Shown piece after piece: positions 1 through 12,901 of a DNA stretch of 64,000 bases. Positions within the stretch are counted from its first letter, which is position 1. Each line of letters opens with the position of its first letter. Made by a program: the position numbers and the translations under genes. Origin of the DNA: Amoebidium appalachense (Eukaryota > Protista > Ichthyosporea); the NCBI GenBank assembly GCA_963693365.1, contig CAVNZM010000001.1:21088125-21152124 (forward strand), in the 5' to 3' direction. Below the pieces are notes generated by a model. The model searched no databases. It was not told the origin of the DNA and saw only the letters and a list, made by a program, of their open reading frames with translations.

Positions 1-451
1 GTGCAGTGTATGTCACAGTGTATGTATTGTCATCTGCATGTATATGCCCCTGCGCGTGTGCGTGTGTGTGGATGTATGTGCGTGTGTGTGTGTGTGTGTG
101 CGCGCGCGCGCATGCGTTTGTGCATGTGTGTGTGTACGTGTGTGTGTGTACGTGTGTGTGCGCGCGCATACGCGTGCGCATACAGAAGCCGGACCTGTTA
201 CCCCGTATAAGCATCTTCAGGTATGTAATATTTGCGCAGAGAAATATTTGAATCATTCACATGCGTGTAACGCATCTGTTAACATCTGTTAAACTGGCTT
301 GTGTACTAAAGATGAGATCATGCATATACACATCGAACACCCACACCTCCCCGTCTTCTGCCGTCTTTGCTCTATCACGTGGTTCATGCACATTCATTCC
401 AACCCATCCACAGTCTCCAACTGTCCAAACATGACGCTATGCTCCCTCCAC

Positions 452-2956
452 CTACACCCCCACTGCTTCGGGCCTCCACACCCGTCTCTCTGCCAGCCTC
501 CGCCTCCGTGTCTCCCCTTCTGCACGTGCATGCACCCCCCCTCCTCCCTCGCTTGCATGGGGTGGGGGCCACATTCTCATGACACACTCGACCCTGGCCA
601 CATCAAACCCCATGCCGCCTTCTGATTGGTAGTTGGGCAGTGGCTCGACCTCGTAAGGCACCACCCGATTGGTCTGTGTGGCCGTGAGGGTTGCCTGGGG
701 GGTCACGAGGGGCAGGAGTGGTGGGCGCTGTGGGCGTGTGCTGCGCCTCCACTGTGCATCCTTGTAGGCCGTGCGCACCCACCTGCCGGCCACATAGACA
801 AGCACGGGGGGTGCCCACAGGGGGCTGGCCAGCAGCAGGCACGTGCCCTGCAGCACCCTCAGACCTACCTTGGCCGGGCAGTGGTGGCCTGCCCATGGCC
901 GCTTGCAGATCTGCGGAAGGTTGGAGGGTAAGCGGCATGGTAGAGGGGGATCCACTTGGGTGCACAACAATGCATACCAATGTGCCTGTGTGCACGTATG
1001 TGCTTGTGTCTGTGCCTGTGTGTGTCCTTGTGTGTCTGCTGCACACACACACATTTATGTGTAGTTTGTTGCATGTGACGGTCTTCCTGCATGCCATGCC
1101 AACCGTGTGTGTACGTGTGTTTCACGAACATGTCATTGTGCATGGCTGTGTGCACGTGTATGCAAGACTGCGAAAACGACATTGTGTGTGTGTGTGTGTG
1201 TGTGGGTGTGTGTGTGCGTGCGCGCGCACGCATGCGTGCGTGCGTGCATGCATGCGTTCGTGCCTGCGTGGTGTGTGCGTGCGTGCGTGTGCATATATGC
1301 ATACGGGACGACAAAATCGGATAATCGGAAAACGTTTTTGTTAGAATAATCGTCCTGGTATGCACTCTTAGTAGAACAAGCGAATGTTTGCTGTGCTGTC
1401 CTCGTCCGATTCTAAGTCACACTTGAATGGGCATGCAGCGTGTGTGCGCGTAAATGTCTGTGTCTGTGTCTGTGTCTGTGTGTCTGTGTGTGTTTGTGTG
1501 TGTGTGCGTGTGTGTGCATGTGTGTGTGTGTGTGTGCGCGTGTGTGGTGTGTGTGTGTGTGTGTATGTGTGTGTGTGTGCGCGCGCACTTATGTGTGTGC
1601 GTGCGAGCGTGGGTGGGGGTACGTGCGGGCGTGTGCATGTGCATGTTCATGTGCTTGTGCGTGTGCGTGCGTGTATGTATGTGTGCGGGGGTGTGCGTGC
1701 TTTCGCGCGTATGTGTGTATGTCCCATTGTGTGAGCGTGCATACGGGTCGTGCTTTGAACTAGTGTGTAGAAACACAACAATCGATGTGCGTGTATGTGC
1801 TTGTGTTTGCTCTTAGACAACAGCTATAAGATGTCCTCACGAGAAAAGCGCAAAGCACACAGACGACAATCTGGAAGACCGAAGGCAAGGCAACTCAGTT
1901 AGACCACACCACGTCTGTGCAGAGAGTTATTCGATAGCGGCCGGCACTGTGTGCAGGAACAAAGAAGCAGCAAATGGGACACAGTCAAACCGATCATGGC
2001 GTTTCAAAGGCAGAGGCAAGATCATGAGGTTGGAAGGAGCACGGGTACTTTCTTCGATGAAGAGAACACCACATAGAGGGGTCTGTTTAGTGTTTCTGAA
2101 TGGGTGGGTATGAACGCCTGCAAGCTCACACGTAGGGTCATGTGTATTTGGGTGTTGCTGTTTGTGTGTGCTTGTGTGTCTCTGGGGGTGGGTGGGTGGG
2201 CAGGGAAAGGAGCAATACCCAGCAGAATTCGTGGCGGCAGTGTGTGCAGGTCATGTGGCGGCAGCCACCGTTCTTCTGTATGTGCGTATGGCAGCGTGGG
2301 CAGCTCTTTGCGTGGCACAGCAGCCAGAGGCCCACCCTCAGCCGCTGGCCCATGGGCACCTTTGTCTTGGGCACGCTGCCCTCCTCCCAATCCGCCCGGC
2401 CGGCCCGACACCTCTCGCAGGTGGCGGCCGGGCGGCCATTCACGTGGCCACAGTGCGCACACGTGGCCGTGCGGGCGGCCGCCACCCTGCGCACCAGCTG
2501 GCGGTAGGGGTCGGCCAGGCCGTGCCAGTCCCCGGGCGTGAGCGCCTCGACGTCCTCGGCCGTCAGCACGTGGCCGCAGGACGGGTGCGGGCAGGCCACC
2601 AGCACGAGGTAGGTCATGCGCAGCTTGGCCTGCACGTGCTGCGCCACGCACCAGCGGCACAGCACGGCGTGGCCCTCCCTGGCGTCCGGGCAGGTCCACA
2701 GCCACTCCGTGTCCTGCACCTCGAAGCACACCTCACACACGGCCGCCTGAGGGGGTTCTGGCGCAGGGCTGGGTGATTTTGAGATCTCGCCGTGAGAATG
2801 GGACTTGGGTGTGTGGGGGCAGGGCGTGTGATACCGCGTGGGGGGCACCTCGAGGGAGGCGAGGTTGTCAGCAGACCAACTGCGCCACGGCTTTGGGGAG
2901 GGGGGGGTGGGCGGCAGATGGCCGGCGGACACCGACCGTACCAGCGTGGCAGACAT
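452..2956 (-). CDS. RBR (RING-between-RING)-type E3 ubiquitin ligase, about 398 aa; exons 2956-2219 and 910-452 (3' end uncertain)
   Basis: RING1-like CEVC...C...H..LCRWC...CPHPSC. RING2/Rcat [30 protein letters not shown]|[11 protein letters not shown] is completed across a phase-0 GT-AG intron (tgg|gtattg ... ccgcag|atc). A hydrophobic stretch follows RING2, as in membrane-anchored RBRs. Confidence 0.8.
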
Positions 2957-2959
2957 ATT

Positions 2960-3450
2960 GAGTTGCTATATATATGGCCTAGCTTGCTCCTTGCTTGGTT
3001 AACCACTAGCCTAGTGATATGTTAGTCAGAACATGGCGGAACAAATCCTACAACAAGTAGCAACAAGAATGAAGGAAACCTTAGAAACAAGAAAACTGTT
3101 TTTCGGTGCTGTGCGGTGTCTTGAACTTGGTGAGCCACGGAAGGGGCCAGGTGACTGCGTCACTTGTTTACTTACGTAACCCCATGCGACCAATCAGAAG
3201 CAGGCTAGAAACTGGACTATCAGCTGCATGATAAATCCAACGATATATTGGATACAGTGCTATGCTTAGCCATATTGGGCTACTGTTGATTTCTTATATC
3301 AAGATTAATTGGGCAGATATATCTTTGTATTGGCTTTTATGCGTTAGGCCCCTACGGTATACAGCCCGAGTACGGCCCTCTGAACACACCGAGTCCAGAC
3401 TCGGTGTGACAGTGGCACCGGAAGATACAAGCAGAGATAGGTGATTGGGT
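2960..3450 (-). promoter_or_regulatory. Putative promoter of the RBR gene with clustered CCAAT motifs
   Basis: CCAATCAG at about 3190 and several ATTGG (about 3247, 3274, 3308, 3328, 3444) directly upstream of the ATG. Confidence 0.4.
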
Positions 3451-3709
3451 CAGCACATATGATATTTACTGTGTGTGGCCAAGCAGTCACCAGCGTAGAA
3501 TCCTTGTTTTCTGTACCTGCCTGCATGCGCATCCGCTTCTAGCGTCAGGTTCTTGATTGCAGCGCCTGCCTTGACCAAGTACTAACAAGGCAAGTCTTCT
3601 TTACACATTTGGCCAAGTGTGAAACCGCACTTCGTTAAACAACAAAAGGATGGTATAGGAAACAGATGCTCATCTGTGTTTCACCCCCCCCCTCCCCTCC
3701 CTCCCCCCC

Positions 3710-3755
<46 letters not shown>

Positions 3756-5081
3756 ACACACAGACACACACGCACACACACGCTCCTCGCCCCCTGCCCC
3801 CCTCCCTCCCAGGGCCCGTTCAAATCCCACCCACCCTCCCCTATCTCAGTTCACGTACCCTCCGAGGCTGCTCCGCAGCTCAGGAGTCTATCCGAGACCC
3901 AGTCCCCAGAACGTTTTGTTTTGGGCCATGCCGTGGCTCCTGCAGACAGCAACGGAAGTTTGTCGGACACCGGATGACGTGCCCCTCCCCCCCCCCCCCC
4001 CCCCCCCCCTCCGTCCGGAGTCTCACAAACACGCACGCACACACGCCCACCCCCACACCACACACCACACATCCACCCACCCACCCAGCCACCCACCCAC
4101 ACACCCACACACACACACCCTTCACACTTGAGCGCACAGACAGACACAAACACGCATGCACACAAGCGCATGTGTGTGTGCGCACACACACACACGCGCG
4201 CGCGTGCATACACACACACACACGTGCAAACCGTACCGTGACACACACACGAAAAGAGCAGTGCCTTCCCTACTCCCCCCCTCCCCCCCCCCCCCCCCCG
4301 TTTTTTTATCCCGAGGCACTAACTGGTTTGCCGAAGTTTCCAGCTTGTCGCATAATCTTGCGCTGGAGGGAAAGCATGAGACAGTATATACAGTGGGTCA
4401 GAGAGTTGGGAGGGGGGCTGTGTCTCACCGTTTAGCCGACACGATCCGGAATATGCATTTGGTGTGTGCACGTGCGGGTCGAGTTTTGGGGGTTTTGAGG
4501 GGGGGGGGGGAAGGGGGGAAGAGGAGAAGGGCCAGGCGAAGGGTGGGAGACAGGGGGGGAAGGGGAGGGGGAGGGGGAGGGGGGTTGCTTTTGATACATG
4601 GCATCAAACACACTACACACTGCTAGCATTCACTGACACATACAGGTTTCACATCTGAGTGTGGTTGACAAGAATATAGTTCGCACGCACTAAGTAGTCG
4701 CAGCCATGCCCAACAGAAAACGATACGTGTCGCAATAAGTAAAAGGAACTTCTAAAGAGTAGGGGAATGTATATATATACAACTGGAGCCATCACGGTGT
4801 AATGATTATGCGGAACTGGGTCGGGGCCCTGGGGGGAGGGTGGATGGGGGTGGGGGGGGATAATGATGTGTGGACCGTCTTCGCATTCAGACACCACCTT
4901 CAGTTTGTGATTTCAGCCTGCAGGTTGGATATTATACCGTGGCATATCCATTTGCCTCCGCACGTATTTGAAACAATAGCAGAATGATCTAGACAACTGT
5001 TACAGAATAAACACCCACCTTCGAATTCCCACTGACTGGAGTCGGCCGCGAAGCCGATTCGAATCATTCTTCCTGCAATGA

Positions 5082-5152
<71 letters not shown>

Positions 5153-6438
5153 GCGCCTTCCCTTCCCCAATACACACACACACACACAAACACACACATC
5201 CCCCGAGCTGGCCCCGGCCCTTTCTTGGCAAGGGGGCTAGCGCATGCGAGAGCAGGAAAAACTGTCAAATGACTCATACAATTGAATTCCAAACTTTGCA
5301 CAATGTACGTGTAAACATTTTTTGGGCTTCCACACTGCCACGTTATTGTAAACGCTAATTAGCGGTTACAAAAGGGTCCTTGAGCTCAGTGGTGGGGCCC
5401 GTGTATTGTGCTGTGGTTGACCGAAGTTTGTTCTCCACATGATCCAATAGGAGAGCCCTTACATTTTTCATATATGGCTAAAACGAATACCAACTGATAA
5501 GCATTATTAAACAATTTCAAATGATTAAACAACCAATCGGAAACGCTCAATCTACTACTACAATACACACGATATACATGCAATCTCAATCTTCCGAACG
5601 CGTGCCCGTGACACGTCAATCTTCTGGCTCAATCGTGTATGCGCGTACACTATTGGTACACGCGCCGGGGCTGTCCCAAACACTTGTGCGTAAGGGGGGC
5701 ATAACACGTGGTGTGCCAAGATGCAGAGCCATGTTGTCATAGAGATGTAATAGTTACGTAATAATGAGGTAATTGCAAAGGACTCTACGTGTACACTGTG
5801 TCAAACGGTTGCTATCTACATACGTACATGTATGCATATCTAGATCTAGAGTGCGGAAACAACAGAAACAATATACAAAAGGGGGGGGGGCTATGAAAGG
5901 GTGCCTGAGACGCTATAACCTAACAGTAGTGCTACACACATCATGGACAGGTTGCCCAGTGAATCAGACTTATAATTATTGTATACCTACCACATATGTA
6001 GCTGGCCCTAAGCTTACTACACCGGCCAAGTTACACGTGCACGCGCACGTGGGAGAGCATAGATCATTAGTACTGCAAAGCCTCCTATGTAGGAGTGCTA
6101 GTATGTTTTGTAAGAGGCCTTGGGAGTTGGGGTTCAGGTGGCAGCCTGGGCAGAAAAGGCTTGAAGCTTGCGCTGATCTGCTGACAGACTGCTTCACTTG
6201 TATGCTTATCATAAACCTTAGTCGGCGAGTGTACAGCCTAGTCGTGTGCCGACTGGCGTAATTACGGTATGAGATCGTTGTGGCTGAGCACTACTACGCC
6301 GCGCCAGGACGCCTGCGGCAACATAAAGGCCTTATACGGTATGTTGAGTTGGGCGGCAGGGAGACAGCACTCAAAGTGAATATAGTATACAGTCGTACAT
6401 AAATGATAGTTGGCAAGCCGGTGCACGTGACTGCCAAC

Positions 6439-6489
6439 CAAGGCCTCCTATAAGTATACAAGGCCTCTGTTTACTTATAGGAGGCCTTG
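6439..6489. mobile_element. 51-bp MITE-like element (hAT-type termini)
   Basis: Perfect 18-bp TIRs CAAGGCCTCCTATAAGTA / TACTTATAGGAGGCCTTG, flanked by an exact 8-bp direct repeat CTGCCAAC (6431-6438 and 6490-6497). Confidence 0.8.
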
Positions 6490-7279
6490 CTGCCAACGCT
6501 GCCATGATGATCGCCTGAGCCTGCCAGTCGATATCGAATCGATATCCAGATCTTACGGCTAGAAGGCATTACGTAACTTCGGAAAAGCAACGGCGTTAGC
6601 TGCTTGTGATAAATAAAGCGCCTGATTGGACAAAAGAAAAGGGGTTAGGGGTATTTTGTACAAATACACAAAAGCAAATAGGGGTTCAAGTACGCTGCTT
6701 ACTCGAGGCACAGAGAGCAATACCTGTGAAGCCAGATGGAGGGAATATTTTGAGAGGCATGGCTGCCCTATGGTAAATTTTTTTTTATTCAACAAGCCCA
6801 ATTTTGCTACAAGGATTGACTATGCGACACATGTCGACGTCGCACCCTTAACTCCTATTGGCTGACCATTCTTGAGTTCCGATTGGTTACGGTTTTATTT
6901 GTTGTGCAGGTCACGAACGCCCACGAGTTGTCACGAGGAGAGAGTGAGACAAGTGCACAGTGCTAACGAATACTCGACGACACGCCGGTGTGGGCGGGTC
7001 AGTGTGTAGTAGCTACTGTGTACAACTGAGCGGAGGCACGTCTAGCTACCCTTCCTTCTTCGCTCTACGCATTGCAGCAAGGATCCTGCCACGGTGTGCG
7101 TTGGCCGCAGATGGGAACAGCGGCAGGTGCCTGCCACATGGAACAGCCTATTGCCTAGCCACACCCTTCTCTCGCGCAACTCAGCCAACCCGGCGTCCGT
7201 GGCAGGCATTCACTGAACAAGTGTGTGACGTTCTTTCGCTCACACCCTCAAAGCCGCGTCTTTTTACCCGGTGGCTTCC

Positions 7280-8115
7280 ATGCGCGCCGCGTGGCTGTGT
7301 GCGCTGGCACTGGGCACGTGCCCGGCCGCGGCGCTGCAGGCGTTTGTGTTGAATGCTGTGCCCAGGCCCAGGCCGGTGGTCGTGACGGTGGCTGCCGTGG
7401 AGTCCGCACCCATGGCATATGGCGACCTGGTCAACTGGACGGTGGACACGCCCAGTGTGCTTGAGATCAGGGAAGGTGGGTCGCTGTGCTTGAAGGCAGA
7501 CAAAAGGCAAAGGGAGCCGGAGGGGGAGGGGTGGAGAATTATCGCTTGGAGTCCAGCAGTAGCGATGGGCTGCGTTGGTCACAGCCATTGGCGCTGGCGC
7601 GGTATGGGCATCTCCTGAGACGTTTTTTCAGGAGATGCCCACACCACCTACACATGACCTGTTTGTGGCTAGAGTGGACTGCACGGGTTGTTGAACTTGG
7701 CCAGTCGGTGTGACCCGTGAGGGCACTACCAGATCTGTTAGAAGGTGCGGGTCCCTAGGGCGATAGTGTGCTGCGGTACCCACTGTAACTACTAGTAGCA
7801 CTTATGGGTTTCACAATCGTGCCTTTATTTGACAACAGCACACACGCGCGGACAAACAGCACCATGCATGACACATTCACACACACTTTCACATGCATTC
7901 AGACACAGGTGCACACTGATTAACACGCACATGCAGTGCCATTCACAAACGTGCACAAACATGCACTGCACACACACAACACACCAAAGCACAACACACC
8001 CATAGGCACACACAGAAAGACATAACCATAAGGGCACGTACAAACACTTGCAAGCGGGAAGAATTTAAGCACGCCTGCACACACACACACACGCTCACAC
8101 ACGCACACATGGGCA

Positions 8116-8165
<50 letters not shown>

Positions 8166-8181
8166 TACACATACACACACG

Positions 8182-8224
<43 letters not shown>

Positions 8225-8369
8225 GCACGCACCCACACAAACACACGCAGATGGCCGTAGAGGCCGGGAGTTGCTCAGTGTGCCCGTTGGGAGCACAACG
8301 AGCCTGTGTGTGATCCAGTTGATGAAGGCGGGCTGGTGAGTGCACCCAGATATACCAAGTGGGCACTGT

Positions 8370-8402
<33 letters not shown>

Positions 8403-8543
8403 GGGGGATGCAAAATGCCTGAGCACTCACATGCGTGCTATTGTGGTCCCTTGGTGCATGTTGACTATATGGCAGCCACGGCCAGGTGGTGGGGGTGCTT
8501 TTTATTTTTTATTTCTATTTTTATTTTTATTTTTTTATTTATT

Positions 8544-8590
<47 letters not shown>

Positions 8591-9416
8591 CCAAACATAT
8601 GTCGTAACATTGCTCCTGTGGAGACTAACCGGGTATTTGTTGGAGTTTTTTTTTTTTTTTTTGGCAACTGCTTTGATGGTCACCATATTACGTGGAATGT
8701 GTACATCTATAGCCACGTGTGAATTTATTAAATAGATTTTATTGGGTGCAGGTCACTAGACGTCATACCGTTAAGTAAAACGACCACACCACCAAACGTG
8801 ACTCGGCTTTGTGTGCGCAACCACACCAACGGCACATACGGTAAGCCAATCCCCTGCTCGTTATGGTCACATGACCTCCCTCCCTTCATCCCTCTGCTAT
8901 GCACTAGTCAGTAGTTGGTCCGTGCCAGGAGCCAATAGAAGAAAGGTCTTTGGGGAATAAGTGTATGCCAGAGTGTGCACGTGCATGAGTTGCACTGACT
9001 GGGAGGGGGGGGGGGGGTGGTGGTGCTTTCTTTTTGGGGGGGGGGGGGGGGGGAGGAGAAGGTTGGGGTGGTGGGGGGGGGGCAATGGTGGTGGTGGTGC
9101 TTTGGGGAACACCCGAGGGGTGGGGTGGGGGGTGGGGGTGGGGGGGCAGAATGTTGATTATGGTGGTTTTTTTCAATGGAGGGGGGAGGAGGGGGAGGCA
9201 GCAAGGGTGTGGTTGGCTGTAGGATGCATTAGAGGATTGTGTCACGAGAGGAATATTTGGTGCTGACGTGGTTGGGCAGACCTTGTGGATGTGCTGGGCA
9301 CGGTCGAGGGCACACCACAGGGCCACATGGCCAGTCTGCGGCCCACCTATACCTTCGAGCAGGTCGTGGGCGTGGGCTCACACACCGTGGCCCTCAGGTG
9401 CGTGCCTGGACTGTAG

Positions 9417-9454
<38 letters not shown>

Positions 9455-11928
9455 AGAGAGAGAGAGAGGCGAAGTTGTAAGAGGAGGAGGCATGGGGGAA
9501 CGAGGGGCCTTGCCCGGACACCAATATTACCGGGCAGTTACGTGAGGCTTCTTATTCTGTGGTGGGGGGTGCCGTCAGCAGTTGATTCCTCCTCAACGAG
9601 GGGCGAGGGGGGGAGGGGGAAGGGAAGGGGGGGGGGGGGGGGGGGGGGATGATGCATGAAAGTAGAGTGCCAGCATGGTGGGGGCATAGTGTCATGGACT
9701 GATGGGTGACTGCCAGAAAGAAGACAGCAACACCCTCAGTGGCAGTGTATGTTTACTTCAGTGTGGGCATGGGGGGTGGGGGGGTGGCGAGAACGAGAGA
9801 AAGTGTTTCTAGCATGAGTGCATGCAGTCCTGACATGACGCATACAGTCAACCACTCCGCGTCCATGTGTTTTATCATTAATTTATTTGACCAATGCCTA
9901 TGCAGGAATAAAAAGGAGCGGGTGGACCTGCAGGCCACGGTTGTGGTGGAGCCCAAGGACTTGGGGAGGGCCGTGTATGTGAATATGATTGGCGGTAGGT
10001 GCCTGATAATGGGATATGCATTCTTGAAGGCTGGTGTGTGTTTGTGGGGGGGGGCGGGGGGGGATCTTGTGCGTCCTTTTGTATTCTTGGGATCAGGATT
10101 TCCACATTGCTCATTAGATTTTACGAGATTTTTCCACATATCCGGGCACTTGTTCACAAGCACCAACCTCCCCCCCCCCCCGCCCTTCGTTTTGGTGTCC
10201 TCCGGCCCTTCCCTCCTAGCCCTGGAAAGATATAACCCCGTTAGTCCTCTAAAAAATCCCCCTGACCCTAAAATTCCCCAGGCTCTGATTTTGTAACGCC
10301 CTGAGTAGCCTTGAGTTTGTGATACCCCCCCTTTAGCCCTGCACACACAACCCCCCAGCCTTTGTACACTACCACAGTCATCCCCCCCCTCCCCCCCCCC
10401 CCCCCCCCCCTCTCCCCTTCTCAAAAAAAAAAAAAAAAAAACCTGGAGAACAGGCCACCTACGTGCTGCATGCACGGCAACTACTACACACACTGAAACC
10501 ATCATCATATAAACCACACAACCCACCACTTTCAACCCATCCCACAGATTCCGAGCTGTCCGGGGCCTATGCCCCCGATCTGGTGCTGCTGCATGCCGCA
10601 GACCTCCTGCCTGCACCGGCCACACCAACCACCACCACCACCACGACAACCCCAAAAACCACCACCACCACTACTCCACCACCGCCCCCGCCACCACCAC
10701 CAACCACCACAAAAACCACCACAAAAACTACAACAACCCGGACAACCAAAACTACTCCGTCACCCACACCAAGTATGCCGCATCCAAAAACACACTCGCA
10801 TTCATCCCATAGTAAATCTGCACATCCACACGAAGTCAATATGTGCTCATGCAACCTGCGCAAATGACAATCCCCCCTCCCCCTCCCCCTCACCCCCCCC
10901 TCCCCGCCCGTTTTGTGTGGGTGGGCTTGACACATCTTGAATACCCTCGTGTGAATATTGTTCTCTCTGTGCTGTGTATCCGTATATTTCTGGACCCTCA
11001 ATGTACCACCTCCCTCACCCTAGATCTACCCTTATTTTGTGCCATGTGACTGCTGACGTGCTATTGCCTGCAGCTGTTATTCCGGCCACAGACCGTGCAC
11101 TTGACCCCAGCCTTGCCCATGAGCCCCACTTCACCGAGGTGGCCCAGCCACCACCAGCCCCCCCAGTGGTCGAAAATACGGGCGGGACGGGGTCGTATGT
11201 GCTGGTGCTGGGCACGGGGCTGGGGCTCATTGTTCTGACTGGGGCCCTGATGGGGGCCGTGGCTAGATCGTGCAGGCGCAGCAAGCAGGTGTGGCCGGTA
11301 CGTGCCCTTGGGGGGAGGGGGGGGAGGAGGAGGGGGGGGGGGCAGGTTCGTTGATGGGAATGAAAGGGCAGAGGAATGGGAGGGGGGGGGGTGGATTGGG
11401 GAGGCTTTGAAAGGAGATGTGTGAATGGTGGAGGAAGGGTGGACCACGGGTATGTGCAGGGCTGCAAATTCAGGGTCAAGAATTATGCCCTCGTGGTGGC
11501 ACTGGGTCTAGCACGAAGGATTTCAGGTGGTTTGCAGCCGCATACTCACGCCTCTGCCCCCCCAGGCCCAACCTGCCTGTCCGCCTGCCTGCCCCCCGCC
11601 GTCCACCCGCCACATCGGCATCACGGCACCCTGCACGTCTCCCTCCCCACCTCTCCAACCGCCGTCGCCCACCCATGGCCCCCCGGCCTACTGCCCCAGC
11701 CAGGAGCCCTTCTATGCCCCCTCCATATCAACCCTCCTCTCCCTGCCTCCCCCATACCCGCCACCCCCTCCACCGCGCCGCCCCCCACCGCCACCACCTC
11801 GCCGAAACCCGCCACCCCCACTTGCATTGTATACAGTCACCCTCGAGCACCACGATACTCTCATTACACAGGATTCGAATTCCTTCACTCCCTCGGCCCC
11901 CCCTGCCAGCTACCAAGAAGTGGCGTAG
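7280..11928 (+). CDS. Type I membrane protein of unknown family, about 459 aa; exons 7280-7475, 8251-8335, 8752-8840, 9280-9397, 9906-9994, 10548-10772, 11074-11288, 11566-11928
   Basis: All seven introns are GT-AG and phase-consistent. Signal-peptide-like [22 protein letters not shown]-x-T sequons (NWT, NVT, NHT, NGT), Thr/Pro stalk, TM segment [23 protein letters not shown] followed by basic residues, and a Pro-rich tail with PPAY and PPPY. Confidence 0.75.
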
Positions 11929-12559
11929 TGGTGGGGTTGCCTATTCGTAGGGGTGCAATCGGCCCTGCCAAGGTGCATGTGTTGGTGTGGACGTGCCCGT
12001 GCATGCTGTATATATGATCGGGTCATGTGGTTGGCGGTTGATAGCCAGAGTATTTTGTAGATACTTGGCAGCACAGTAACAGTATAATCAGTATTGTTGA
12101 TTTGATTGGGCAAACAGTATTGTGGAAATGATCGATCGGTAGTGTAATTTTTGTAGGACATTAGCACGTGCACTGTGAATTTGTGGTGTTTTTCAGTGTA
12201 AATTGTAAACCTGATTGGCAGTGTAAAATCTGCAGTGTACATACGATTCCGAACACTGCTCAAAGATCTTTAAAATACATTTGTAACACCTCCCGATCGA
12301 TGTGCACACACACCAACAAGCCCTACGTGCACGCACACGTCCATACACACAGACTTCAAAAGTGTACCAACCCTGATTTCGAACCGGGTCATTTCATTCA
12401 TTTGGCACTTCACGCTCCCATGCCAGCGATATATGTTCTCATGTACATACTTTACAGCCCTCGGGTTTAGGTCTAGTTGGCACTGCACAAACCAGAGGAT
12501 GCTAGTAAACTGCTGCTGCGTAGCTGTGCTATGTGCGCGGTCAAAATCAATACATCACA

Positions 12560-12672
12560 CTATATTTGGCTATTGTCATATCATATTTGGCTACTGTCAT
12601 ACCATATTTGGCTACTGTCATACCTTCTTTGGCTATTGTCATACCGTATTTCTCTACTGTCATACCGTATTT
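12560..12672. repeat. 21-bp tandem repeat (about 5 copies, TACTGTCATACCATATTTGGC-like)
   Basis: Directly visible, between the convergent 3' ends of two genes. Confidence 0.85.
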
Positions 12673-12901
12673 ATTTACGGAATCCATTCATCAGAGCACC
12701 ACCTTAACCGAACAAATGCATAGCCCCCTCCTACCACATTCGCGCACAAATTCAAAGTCCAACATACTTCAGCAACTATAAAAAACACAACCGTTTACTA
12801 TTTTATCACTAGATACTTGGATAATGAGAGGGCAGGAGCAGTACACCAAGCTAATCCCTGACCAAAAAGGCAAATACCGACACCATATAAGGCAGGTGGG
12901 C

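Noticed and set aside
6500-6630. C/D-box-like motifs (ATGATGA...CTGA)
   Set aside because: No terminal stem or rRNA-complementary guide could be identified.
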